Positions 26,215-39,910 of a stretch of DNA of 64,000 nt are shown piece by piece. The notes beneath the pieces are model-generated. The model made no database searches, had not been told where the DNA came from, and was given only the letters and a program-made list of their open reading frames with translations. A program made the translations under genes and the position numbers. This DNA is from Octopus sinensis (taxonomy: Eukaryota), in the NCBI RefSeq assembly GCF_006345805.1, contig NC_043015.1, positions 23,374,001-23,438,000 on the forward strand. Reading direction: 5' to 3'. Each line of letters starts with the position of its first letter. The stretch's first letter is position 1.

Positions 26215-27377
26215 CCGCTGTGAGATTTAAATAGTAATTTTCGTATTTATTTTCTATAGTTCTTCAAAGCAGCTCCCAAATCCTTAAATTGCAGACTACT
26301 ATCATGAAAGCTAAAATTCTATTACAGTGGTCTAAACGGTTTCAGATAATTATTTTTCAAAACTACAGCTGTTACAGAGTATTAAATATAACAATTAATA
26401 GAAACAGTAAAAGGCAATAGACAAATTGGAGTTAATGGTAAAACGCGATGATCGATTTTATGAATATTACGTTATAGGATAGTTTCATTGTAATATTTTA
26501 AATGAGTAGATATTGATTGAACAATTTCATACAATAAATGTGAAGCAAATTTTTTGTAGCACATCTGTGTAATGAAAGGATCATAAGCAGTATTAATAAC
26601 AAAAGGTAATAGTTATCTCCCAGTAGAAGTGGATGTTGTTTTACAAGAGAAAATACTGCATTATTTTCCAAGAGACTGGTGGTAATAAAAGCATTATCAC
26701 TAGAAATCCAATCCTGCCATCAAAAAGGGCCAAATGTCGCATGGTATACCCGAATTTCAGTATATCATGGATTTCCTCGATCTGAATATTCAAATCTGGA
26801 TGGTGAGTCAAATTCTCTGGTAATTTAAAATTCAGTTTCGCCATCTATCAGGAATCCCAGACATCATTGTTTCGAGCTTTTTGACTCTTGTCAATGGGAT
26901 GAACCGAAGAGTGACAACTCTGAACAAACTTATTAAGCATTAGCTTTATGCAAAATACAGTCAACAACGTTTACTGATTTGCGCTGAATGATCAGGGAAA
27001 AAACGCAATATTAGCGCCAGGCAGTGTTTAAATATATCTGCATATAAATGAAAGAGATGGTAAATAGAATATACAAAGAATATTTTGCTCACTACGAACA
27101 TTGCGACACACTTGTTGTGGCTTAGTCTTCGGTACAAAATGATGCATTACAACCAGTTCTATAGTATACAACTCGCAAGATATCGATAGAGAATGGATAG
27201 AAACGATTGTTGTGGGCAATAATATTTTTAGTATATTCCATTTTCCGCTTCGGTCATTTGGTAGATCCTCAACGATCACTCAGAAGACGTCTGGTATCCA
27301 TAGACAGGGAATATGCCTCATCAAATAACTACTAGGGACATCCAAATATCCAATATCTAAATAATGACGTATATGAC

Positions 27378-27428
<51 letters not shown>

Positions 27429-27532
27429 TGTATGTATGTATGTATGTATGTATGTATGTATAAGATAAGCGAAGACGAAGCTCGCTTGCATATCCATGGC
27501 CACTAGTATTTATATGCTTGGGTATACCGACG

Positions 27533-27581
27533 CTGATGAAGGCAAAAATGTAACGTTTTTTTATTACTTTAAGCCCGAAAC
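27533..27581 (+). ncRNA. Degenerate hammerhead-like core
   Basis: CTGATGA-AGGC...GCCC-GAAAC, the same junctions as the 58744 motif. No stem I/III partner was found downstream. Confidence 0.4.
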
Positions 27582-27756
27582 ACAATCATATACGCGCTTA
27601 ACAAAACTTTTAATTTATTTTCTTTCTTCTACTAGCCTATTATGTAGCGTGCTTTTCTCGAAGAATTTATGGTGGTAATTGTGTCTTTTGACGCCTATTT
27701 TTCAGTGCGTAGTGAGGCGCAAGCCAAGTCCCTGTTATAACTATGTATATAATTAT

Positions 27757-27811
<55 letters not shown>

Positions 27812-27861
27812 TAATAAAGTTTGTTTGGCAAAGCACGTGGGTGAATATATAAGAATATTTT

Positions 27862-27909
<48 letters not shown>

Positions 27910-28671
27910 TATATATATACACACAGACACACATATATATATATATACATAGAGAGAGAGAGAGACAAAGGCCTTACAGATCTACGATCTGTAGGTGTGA
28001 AAATCTTCAAAGAAGAGTGAGTATTTGTTTATGAATGTATGTGTTTTGCCTGAGTGTATATATGTGTGTGTGAGTGAGTGCATGTGTGTAGCTACACCCA
28101 CGCGCGCACAATGTTTCTCCATATATCATTATATACATTATTGTTCACATAATAGTTAATGATAAATTTCTTCATTAGTAGAACTCAGGAAGAGTACAAG
28201 AACTTCAACTATCGTAATTTAGGAACGTTGTTATGGTTATTTTCTAAAATATAAACCATTCATACTTTCCATATTTGGTGGTAATCCTAAGAATATGTTT
28301 CCAAAATTCTAAAGATTGTTGAAAGCTTATAGAGGAAAACATAATATATAATTTCTATCGAAATAATGTTTATTTTGGAATAATGGATTGTTGAAATCGT
28401 GTTCAACTTCCAAAAGGTTGCATTGAAAGTGCTATGGTAGGAAATATCTCTGCATAATGAGAAAATATATAAGCAATATTTGAAATGCATATCGTATGAG
28501 TATCGCATATTTAAGTAGAGGGTAAAAGTATTATATTCCATACGTATATTTATTTTATATTTATCGTACAAAATATATGTTACGAATGTGTATTGAATAA
28601 AATATGTATATTGTCACGTATGAATGTTTCATTGTAATGGTTTAGTTTATATTATGTCAGAACATATTATT

Positions 28672-28832
28672 GGCGCAGGTCTGGTTGTGTGGTTAGAATC
28701 TTGCTAGTAAAACACATGTTTCTGTGTTCAATTCGACAGCGTGACACCTTGCGCAAGTATCTTCTACTATAGCCTCATGCAGACCGAAACTTTCTCAGTG
28801 GATTTGGTAGATGGAAACTGAAAGGAGACCGG
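28672..28832 (+). mobile_element. SINE family 1, 5' half
   Basis: ggcgcaggtctggttgtgtggttag...caccttgcgcaagtatcttctactatagcc...gaaactgaaagg. Confidence 0.8.
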
Positions 28833-29110
28833 TTACGACGAGGGCCCCAGCTGATACGATCAACGGAAGAGCTTGCGCTTGAAATTAAGGTGTAAATGGT
28901 TGAGTACTCCAGAGACACGTGTACACTTAAAGTAGTTCTCAGACTCATTCAGCGTAACACAGGGTGTGACAAGGCTGGATCCTTGAAATACAGGTACTAC
29001 TCATTTTTGTCAGTTGAGTGGACTGGAGCAACGTGACAAAATGCGTCGCCGGGAATTGAACTCACGATCTTACGATCGTGAGCCTAATACCCTAAACTCT
29101 GAGCCATGCT
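28833..29110 (-). mobile_element. tRNA-derived SINE, family 3
   Basis: Resembles the reverse complement of the 36845 copy; tRNA-like head gggaattgaactcacgatcttacgatcgtgagc. Confidence 0.85.
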
Positions 29111-29677
29111 TATTTTTTCTCTACTTGTATTAGACATTTGACTGTAGCTATGCTGGAGAACTCCTTAGTACTTATTCTATCGATCGCTTCTACCTAACCA
29201 CTAAGTTCTGTGTCGTAAACACACCGTCACCTGTTGTCAGTCGGTGATTCACACAAAGACACAGATACACGCACGCATGCATACACACACACATACACGC
29301 ACATACGCACACATAGACACGCTCACACACGCACATATATATATATATATAATTACTCAGTGCCTACTACTTGATCCAGTCCACGACAGAGACAGGGGAT
29401 GTTCTTGAAGCCGAGTACTTTAAAAATTACAGTGACAATATTCACATATCGCCTGAGACGCAACTATATCTCATACTACAGGGAATGAGTTGCATACGCA
29501 AGTATCTTCACACCTGGAGAACTACGTTGCGTGGAAACAATTGTAGTGATTAAAAAATAAATGTTTAATCATACTCCCGCTTGTTAACTCCAATTTTCTC
29601 AGTTACATATTCACATACGATAGATACCCAACCGCAAACTTAGGATTACGCATAATACTACTACTGGATAGCACAGA

Positions 29678-29722
<45 letters not shown>

Positions 29723-29796
29723 ATAGATAGATATAAAGATATGTACATATATATGTATCTATTTATATGCATATATACATACATATATATACACAC

Positions 29797-29855
<59 letters not shown>

Positions 29856-30248
29856 CTATATTTAGATACATACATACATTCATATACACAGATGTATACA
29901 TACATGTAATACAAAATAAGAGCCGTTAAAACGTAAAGGCTTACGTAATATCCACGTACGTTTATTGTATCACTTTGTGATCATGCTTTCGTGTTTTATG
30001 TAGTTCCAAAGAGAAACAGATTACTTAGGTGCACCTACCTGTTGTCCTCCAGATGAGAACTACTTTTTATTATGTTCGTCACGAAATACCTGCAAGATGA
30101 ATAACGATATCTTTGCAAATGACATTTGAAAAAGTTTAATAAGGTTTTTCACAAATGAAATGTGTATTTTGCAAATCTGTATGCATGTTAATGCCTGAAT
30201 GTGTGTAAGTGATACATCACGCACATACACACATGCACGCACACACAA

Positions 30249-30304
<56 letters not shown>

Positions 30305-30320
30305 ATGTCAAATATTTATT

Positions 30321-30353
<33 letters not shown>

Positions 30354-30390
30354 GCGTGTATATATATATATAATATATATATATATATGC

Positions 30391-30421
<31 letters not shown>

Positions 30422-30460
30422 CATACATATTTATATATATATACATATATATTTATATAC

Positions 30461-30503
<43 letters not shown>

Positions 30504-30728
30504 GATTGCAACAGAAAAATGATTTTGCACATATACATATATATAGATTTAAACCTATATCTCTCACCGCCTATGTATCTGTTTATGTGTCTATACATTT
30601 ATCTATTGCTTTTTATATGTATTTATATGTATGTATATATATGTATATATATGTGTGTGTGTGCGTGTGTGTATGTATCTCTCCTTCTCTTTCTCCCCTC
30701 TCTCTCTCTCACTGTATATAAATATATG

Positions 30729-30759
<31 letters not shown>

Positions 30760-30781
30760 TATATATATTATATATATATAG

Positions 30782-30814
<33 letters not shown>

Positions 30815-31327
30815 AAACGATGTATATTATATATCTCTGTGTTTATATGTGTATACAGTCAGAGAGAGAGAGAAAGAGAGAGAAATAAAGAGACAGAATA
30901 TGCAAGGTAGTTTTAGGAGATTGACTGAAGTGCAGAAGCACTTATATCAAGAAAAACATCTCCAAACCTTTTATAAATTTTAAATAACATGTAAAGCGAA
31001 ACTGAAAACAACGTTAAAAACTTAAATATAACTAACGTGTACTGTCAGCTGATCGTTTGTAAGCTGTTGTTACGTGAGAGAAAATTGAATAATCGATGCG
31101 TAGGATATCAGATTGATATTGAGAAAGACAGCAATGGAGAACAATTCAGATAAGGTGAGTTGGAAAACATTTGAAGTTATGAAGAAGATTTTGAGCATCG
31201 GAAGCCTAATCACTGCAGGCTATTAGACCGTATTAATGATTGACAAACAAATCTTATAATTCATCTCATGTCAAGAAGCAAAAATTAAATTCAATACACA
31301 CGACATGCATATAAATCTATCTATCCA

Positions 31328-31363
<36 letters not shown>

Positions 31364-31401
31364 TGGGGAGAGAGTTAGATGGATCGATAGATAGTTAGAT
31401 A

Positions 31402-31462
<61 letters not shown>

Positions 31463-31673
31463 ATACACTTATATACTTGCACACATGTATATGTATGTAA
31501 GTATGTATATGTACTGATATTCGGGAAGTGACAATTATTGCTAAACACTGCATTCGTGGATATATATGAACAAGGCAAACAACGGTTTCATATTAAGATA
31601 TCCTTACGTAAAACCATTGGGTAGCGCATAAATAAAATGTATATAAATATACTTAGATACATACAGACAGACG

Positions 31674-31722
<49 letters not shown>

Positions 31723-31910
31723 CGTATGTATATATATGAGGTGTACAGAAGTATTATCTATAGGAGAAGCTTGTCGTAGTTTAAGCTTACGCCGCTAGTA
31801 GCCATGTCATGCAACCCTCAGGATGACGATCGGCGTCATCGAATGAAGTATCCCTACCACTCTGTATGACTTTGGTTTGCATTGCATGTCACTTATTCTT
31901 CGATTATTCA

Positions 31911-32377
31911 ATGGCTAAAAAGGAATAACAGTCTGCTTCTGTGAAATTCTGCTTTCTACTTGAGAAAAAGGCGGCTGAAGCAGTTGTCATACTTCAAAAA
32001 AGCTTACGAATGTCGTGCCATACGCAAAAAACAAATTTTCGAGTGATTTTCACGTTTTTGGAACGGTGACTTGTCGCTTGAAGACCAACCATGTTCAGGC
32101 CGTCGACTCCCGAAGGAATGAAAACATCATTAAAATTCATTAACTCATAATATGAGGACCATCATCCAGCAATTGATGAACTTGTTCATATGGCTGGTGT
32201 GCACTGGAGCTTCTGTCAACGAATTTTGATCGAGAAATTATGAATGAAAAGAGTTGCAGCAAAATTTGTGCCTCACTTACACACAGATGTTCAAAAGCAA
32301 TCGGGCCTGAATGCGTGTCGTGAACTTAAGGAACAGCTGGAAATCGATTGAGACCTCCTTTTGAAGGACATCTCTGG
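31911..32377 (+). pseudogene. Mariner transposase N-terminal remnant
   Basis: VKFCFLLEKKAAEAVVILQKAY, GDLSLEDQPCSGR, MKRVAAKFVPHL and ACRELKEQLE; multiple stops, truncated before the first catalytic D. Confidence 0.85.
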
Positions 32378-32542
32378 CGGTAAGAACTGGTCCTACCAAA
32401 TTTGCAAATGTGGAAGTGGGGAAGAAAAACCCATATATAGTAAATCCGCAAAACAGAAGGACAACAAACAACAAAACACAACAACTCAAGGACGTGGTAC
32501 GTGAGAAGTATCAGCATACGCTCAGGGAAGCAAAGAAAGATA

Positions 32543-32578
32543 TGTTAACGTTTCGAGCAACACTCTTCTTCAGAAACA
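32543..32578 (-). ncRNA. Degenerate minimal hammerhead-like motif
   Basis: Minus strand TGTTT-CTGAAGA-A-GAG(tgttg)CTC-GAAAC-GTT-AACA; stem I is imperfect. Confidence 0.5.
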
Positions 32579-32649
32579 AAGTAAAGTCCAGCCGAAAAGA
32601 AGACGGAGAAAAAATCGTGAACGATTCACTTGTGGTTACATTTTGAAAC

Positions 32650-32689
<40 letters not shown>

Positions 32690-32723
32690 AAATGCAGGTG
32701 TTATTCTAATTCTTTTCCTTCTG

Positions 32724-32803
32724 ACACATGTTTCGAAGATATCATTGGTATTATTCCAAAGGAATAAAATGTTGTAAAACAATGTAATCTTCTCTTCAGG
32801 TGA
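32724..32803 (-). ncRNA. Hammerhead-like motif with long stem II, damaged cleavage site
   Basis: Minus strand CAC-CTGAAGA-GAAGATTACATTG...TATTCC(ttt)GGAATA...CAATGATATCTTC-GAAAC-ATGTG. Architecture resembles the 22585 motif. Confidence 0.5.
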
Positions 32804-33034
32804 ATGAATAAATCAAACTAGTCACTAGGACATTTTGACAGAATATGATGGATACGTAAACCCGTTGCGCGTTACCACTTTAGTTATCGACAACTCGACC
32901 ACTCGAAATGTTGCACTTGGTTAGACGTTAACTGTAGGACTCAAAGATCACTCAAGTGTGGCCTCATACACACACACGCAGCCATGCACTGTCACATGCA
33001 CGCTCACACACACACACACATGTCTCTCTCTCTG

Positions 33035-33087
<53 letters not shown>

Positions 33088-36000
33088 ATTTATACGATTC
33101 CCACCAACTATTTCTGTTCTTTTCAATGTAGTGCTTCCGGGGCGAAAGGATATATATTTTGTAATATATCAAATACATTAAATATATTGACATGACTCAG
33201 AAATTTTTGTTAAAGGGTCTGAGAACATTGTTATTAAACCTAAATCCTCTAATGTATATACGTGTATGTGTGTGTGTGTGTGTGTGTGGGCGCGCGCGCG
33301 CGCTATTTTTGCATTCGTTATTCATCTATGTGTAAAATTCTAATTTACTTCAGCATGCCTTAAATCATTCGCTACTTTCCATATCTCTAAAAAGATTCTA
33401 CCTCTTTAACACTTTCCAAGAATGAAAAATAGGAAAATGTATCTCTAGGGAGATTCGACCTAAGCATTAACACTTAGCGAGAGACATTACATTTTTTTCT
33501 TCACTGCAGAAGTGTTTCAACTCATAGGTTTTTCAAAATTTTTGAATGTACCTAACAGAAATCTTTGTTTCGTTTTTTCTTTGTAAATTTCAACACACGT
33601 ATGCTGTCAGTATAATGGCGAAAAGGACAATACACAATTTAGGGGAAGATATCTATAACACGTGAGCATTATTCTCTCCCCACAAAGTGTTTGCATAACT
33701 TGCAAGGGAATTGTAAACATGTTATGGTGTTGGCACACGTAAAGTTCCGCTAATGTTCTCACGTTTAGTTGCCATATTATCAGTTTACAAGAAATAAAAT
33801 ACAAAATTCTTCAAATAAAAAACAAAAAGAAAATATCATTTATTAATGTTTATAACTTTCAACAATTTTGTTTGCTGCGTTAAGACTCGTATATTTCGTC
33901 CAGGGATTTGCTGAGACAGAATGTAAAAAGGAAAATTGTTTTAAATGTATTATTATGCGTTTGCAAAAAAAAAATGTTTCATTCAGAGTTCACCTCGCCC
34001 TATGTGTATGCTTGCGGAAATGTCATGAAGTGGTTATACACCAGGATTCGAACCATGGTACTGTAGTCTTCCCATGAGCGTTTTTCTCTGCAATCTGTAA
34101 TAGTAAATACGCTGGCATACAAAATACATAACTTTAAATTAATCAGTACTTACGTATTTTATTTCAAATTGTTCATAATTTTCAATTAATTACATATTTA
34201 ATTAAATATCATTTTTTACTCTATGAAATACATAATAAAAATGATTAGCTGATATATGTTTTTATACAAACCATACTGTCTGACGCCAGTCCAGATGAAG
34301 TTGAGGGGTCTAGACAAGATCATTCCAGCTGTATCGATATCATATTTCTTTCGAAACACAGTGTATCCACGGCAGCATTATATACTCTATACTTTGTATT
34401 TTAACCCTCGATAAGTATGTGACCAGCAGATATGCTTTTTATTTCTCGTATGTCGGTCGTCCAGATATAAACTCTTTTGAAAATCAAAGTCTAAATTCGC
34501 ACCCTTTATTTTTTTATTACAATCATCTCACCTGCATCATATAATAATGACTTCTAAGTATTATCTAAAGCTATGTATCTTCGTGGTTTAGGTATTACTC
34601 ATTCAATTGGGCTGTGAGAGTCACAATGTGTCTTAAATAGAGAGAATGAGAGAGTTATCCTTCAACAAGAAATCTCTTTCCTGTGCTGGTAACAGAGTGG
34701 ACCCTCTTCAAGACACCTAAGGTGCTATCAGGTGATGGGGGTCAAACGGATAAAAATTCGAACTCGTTTCATCTAGGTCATTAGCTGAATCTTGAAATCA
34801 GAATGAAAGGAAAAAAAGAACAAAATGCTACAAACCCAACAGCTTGAAATTTCTTATAATTTTGCCAATCCAGTATTTCAGGGAATGTTAGTTGGTTTTT
34901 AATAAACTCTGACATAATGAGAGATAACATTGTCTTCTCCAGGATTTGAACTCACATTACAAATTGAACAAATAAAACTAAGGATTCTGTCCAACTTTCA
35001 GGTCACTCGTCCAATTCGTCACTTAAAATTGCTCTCTCTTACAGGATATGTGCTAACTGTCCCCGGTTTAGCGTGTTAAAATCGCTTATGTATAGAAACT
35101 GAGCGCAGAACCTATGAGACTAAACATATTGTTGTATGGGTTTTCTTTTCTTTATTTTAAAAAATTATTTCGCTGTCATATCTACCCTATTTATGCAGTC
35201 ATTTCCAAATCTTTTTATTTTCCTACCGGATACAATTTGTCAGCTGAATCGTACACATAATATTACAGGTCCATATACAAACCAACGCAACGGAGAACTA
35301 CATGACCCCCGGACCAGCTAAATCACAGTACTTGCCTTTCAAAGGAAGAATACTGGATGAAGCAGTCCTGCATATGAGTGACTGGTTATAACAGGGAATC
35401 TGGTAATTATTCCGATATATTATGACTGAAGTGGAGTTCTTAGAAATGTATATTCTGCTTCTCGTATCTGTATTTTCTTCGCTCGAATACTAAGGGTTAC
35501 AGCCTCGTCTATGTTGGGATTTCATTTCAAGAATAAAGCGATATTATTAACCATCGTGAAATGCGTCAAGCTTTTAGTCCGGCATTGTATTTTTTTTACT
35601 ATTCCACTGTCTTATCGACCTCTTATGATAATGAGCAATAATTAATGTTCCAAGTGCTGCTTTTTTCTCTCTAGTAAACATAATCATTTATTTAAGCAAT
35701 ATTCATACAGTTTAAATAGATGAATTATTTTTGCTCAACTTTGCCATTGTTCAAAGATCACACAAACGATTTTTCTAACAAAGAAATTTGTTCGATTTTT
35801 TATTATTATGGTTTTCGAGTTACTATTTTCTATGTATACTTGGTTTTTATTCTTTTAATATTTGTTTTCATTTGGTTAGTTTTGTTTAATTTCACTTGAT
35901 TATTTTCTTGATTTGATTTATTTGATTTTTAGGTATTATTATTTGTCTTTTTTTTATTTTAGCCATAGATCGTCTCTTTGATATTGCCACAAATACTTCA

Positions 36001-36349
36001 CCAGTTGAATGATTCTTGGCAAATGCCCAAACAAATCAAATTTAATTATCCAGACACACCGTTCATTAAACTAAGCTGCACGTAGTTTTATTCAAATGCA
36101 CCTTCATAATTTCGTTCTCTACATTTTTTATTATGCTTGTGCCATACTAATTACTATACGGTTTTTAGTAATTTCTAGCTCTCGTCTTACTTCTAAACTT
36201 CTGTAGTCATTTTGGTCTCACGCCCCTCCCCCCGCTCCCAGTGTCGACTAGCTAAGTTTCATAAATTTACTCTGCTCCGTTCAGGCTGATATATATTGTT
36301 CGCTTACTGATACGCGCTTTTCGCTTCTTACATTTTTTGTTTTTCTCCC

Positions 36350-36380
<31 letters not shown>

Positions 36381-36408
36381 ATTGTTATTAAAATTATTAT
36401 TATTATTA

Positions 36409-36448
<40 letters not shown>

Positions 36449-36844
36449 CATATTTTAAATGGATCTCGAAATTTTTAATTAATATCGTTTTAAACAATAC
36501 TGAATTAGAATGTTAAAATCGAGTCCTAAAACGACAGTACGTTTCATCTTTCCACATCTGGAGTTATAATTTGACTTGCTTTTCATTCTTCTATGTGTAT
36601 ATCAATGAAAAGACATCGCTATTATCGAGGAAAAACGAAATCATTCTTAAATATTATCCTTTTACAAATGTTCTTGCCGAACGATCGAAGCCATTAGCAA
36701 GGCTTCAAATGATTTCCTTGACAATTCCCATTGTGATGTGCACAATAACTGCGCTGGCAAATGCATACTTCATTCTTTAAACCGTAACATAATCAGCTAA
36801 GGAAGACTTCTTTCGTTTGACTTCTATTTCGAGTGAGTCAAGGT

Positions 36845-37162
36845 GTGTGGCTTAATGGTTAAGGTATTCGAGTTATAGTCGTAATGTCATGTTTTCGATT
36901 CCCGGTTATGCGTTTTGTCCTTGAGCAAGACACTTTATTTCACATTACCCCAGTCCACTTATTTTCCAAAAATGGAGTAGAACCTGTATTTCAGAGGGTC
37001 AGCCTTGTCACATTCTGTGTCAAGCTGAATTTCCGTGAGAACTACTTACAGTGTACGAGTGTTTGTAGAATACTCAGCCATTTGCACGTAATTTCATGAG
37101 CAGCACCTTCCGTTGATCGGATCAACTGGGACACTGATCGTCGTTATCGACGGAGTACCAGG
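36845..37162 (+). mobile_element. SINE family 3, near full length
   Basis: A-box-like tggcttaatgg, B-box-like ttcgattccc, CORE-like tccttgagcaagacacttta, tail cgttgatcggatcaactgg. Confidence 0.88.
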
Positions 37163-38095
37163 ATATTATAATGTCAAGTGATCACAGACGTTGAGTGTGT
37201 AAATAATTATGTATGCAACTCACACTTCTTTGTTTGATTTTGATTAGGCATTCTATATAATCGGAAGATATCAGAATATACTTTAAACATTGTATTTTAC
37301 TCGTATTCTTTGATCAAACGTAAGATGTCCAGTAAGTGGTCATTTCACTTGTCAGAAATAGTAAACAAATTTTTCTTATATCATTCTATATAGATGAATG
37401 GCACATTCAGCAATATAGTCTTTGATGTACAAACAGACATGATTGCTACATTTGAAAGGCCTATGATCATAAATAAGTTCAGTCAGATCTGGTTTGTAGA
37501 AGGAGTAAAACAAGAACAACAACAATAACATATGAAAATGATTGACTGAAACGATTGTATTCTTCCCAAACGGCGCCTTCCTCTAATCAATGAATTACAT
37601 TGTCAAGTGTAACCGTGATTCACAGAGGAAGTGTGGGATCCTTAACATTTTCATTCAGCCTCCCAGAAATATCAACCGAAACTCTTTCGAATCCCAATCT
37701 AGTGCAGGGTTGATATGGAACTCAACAAACAACACTCATCTACTTGTAAATAATAGCCTGCTTCCTATCTAGGCAATCAATATCCAACGATGTGACTATA
37801 TTCTATATAATTCCAAATATTTAACCTTCTAGATGAAGAATTTCGCATTTTTATTTGACTATGGGAAATATAATCTTTTATAGTTTTAGTTTCACTAGAG
37901 AGTCAAATCACTTTCTCCATTCTAGTTATTAAGATAAAGAAGTGATTTAGTTTTATTGATCTTTCGTTATCAAAATATTTGCTTTATATTTCAACAATTA
38001 CCAAGAGACATTGCTAAACAATCTCATATTCATAGCTGCTCTTTAAGAGGTTACATATTAAATTCTGTCAGCTATTGAACGATAAAATCATAGAA

Positions 38096-38135
<40 letters not shown>

Positions 38136-39877
38136 GCATTAATAATAACGGAAATTGTCTCAAAGCAACATTGTCAGCCCGTTATTAAAATCCGATCGTT
38201 CAAAGGCATTGTCAATCTTGTCCACAAACAAACTAGATTTTAATCGATATAATATTGACTAAAATCTAGAAATTGTCTGCAGAGGGAAGTCATGTATTTC
38301 TCTCATGCCGTTTCGATTTCTCTTTGGATAAGCTTCTACTTTTCTGCTTTTGTTTTTGTTTAGTATGTTTTATAATTTGGTCACAGTTTAAAAATATTAT
38401 TGGAGTTGGAAACGCGATGCGAATTTTAAGAATGGCCGAACCATTTTTAAAAACATACAGTAAACTCTAAATGTTTTGTTCGTATTTATTGCTAAATTCG
38501 TATACTGAACTTTGTTAACACACCTTATAATATTTCATATCGAAGTGTTAAGAAAGACGGTATGAGATTTGTTGGCTACAATCCCTCGCTAATAAATCTC
38601 TTTAATGTTGTCAATAAAAATGCAAATAATTTTACCCTTCTCTTATACATTCTCTAAGCGCTCTATATCCATACACTTTGTGGGATGAATCGTTTATACA
38701 GGCCATCGAAATCCTTATCTGTATTACCAAACTCAGAAATGGTCGCTAAATTTAACTCAAGTCATGCTCTAAAGTGCTAACACACAAAAAAAGTTATTTG
38801 TGTTAGGTTTATAGTTCGGAAGTGATTAATTTGTACACCGTAATATCTAGATCCGGTGGGAAATCTAATAAGTGATAGGGGCAATTAATCTAAAAAAATT
38901 TGTGTTTGTTACCTTTCGTTGAGACTCCACAAAATTTTCTAAATCTCAAAAGAGAAGTCATGTCAAACACCGACGATTAAGCGAAAACTCACTCTCGAAT
39001 TTTTCAGCAATATCTCTTCATGTATAAAAAGAATTACGGGAATAGCTTGAATCTCTGAATGCTATTTACCCGATTCAGCCGTTATCTATAACTTCACCCC
39101 GAAACTTTCAAGCGTAAAGCTGAATTTAGTTGCACCGAACATTTGGGTGATATTAGAAATCTCATCTACATAATTGCAGGAATCCTAACATATATCATTC
39201 TAAACTGTTAATGAATCGAATTTCGGCCACTTTTAGAGATAATGGCGAAATATCAGAGATATGGAAAATGCATTAAGGAAAGCATCTCCTTTGTAAAGAC
39301 AGTGAAGTAGATAATGTTGGTTTATGTTTAACTGAAAACTCAAAAAAATCTCGTTCCTCAGTTCTGGGACGCCTCTTTTATAGTTTCATGCGATTAACGC
39401 TAACATAAGTCTAAAGAACACAATCAACGAACATATAGCTCTTAGATATCCCTATAAAGTGAAATAGTTTACAAACGCAATGGCTTACTGACTTCTATGT
39501 AGTCTGAGGCAATGAACATTTCTTAAGTCTGTGTGAACTTCAATCTCATTAGGCAGTTTTCTCTAGTTCCATGTTGGTTCCTTCTCGCGATACGACCACA
39601 TACGTTGCAAGAAGTATTTCTTAGATATTTCCCTTAAGTTTAATTTCTGCTATAGCGTTCTTTATGTTTTATCTTTTGTTTCTTCGGGCAGGGAAATGCG
39701 ACCATGCTTCGTACCGCCTTAAACGGTCTATTCGAACAGATTAGCACTTATGTTTTACATCGGTCTCATTTCTCTAATCGTAGATACAGTGATGTAAGAT
39801 ATATGAGCAATGACACATTGCACGTGCTCGCAAACACGCGCACCCACACACCCACACATCCGCACATACACATGCAT

Positions 39878-39910
<33 letters not shown>

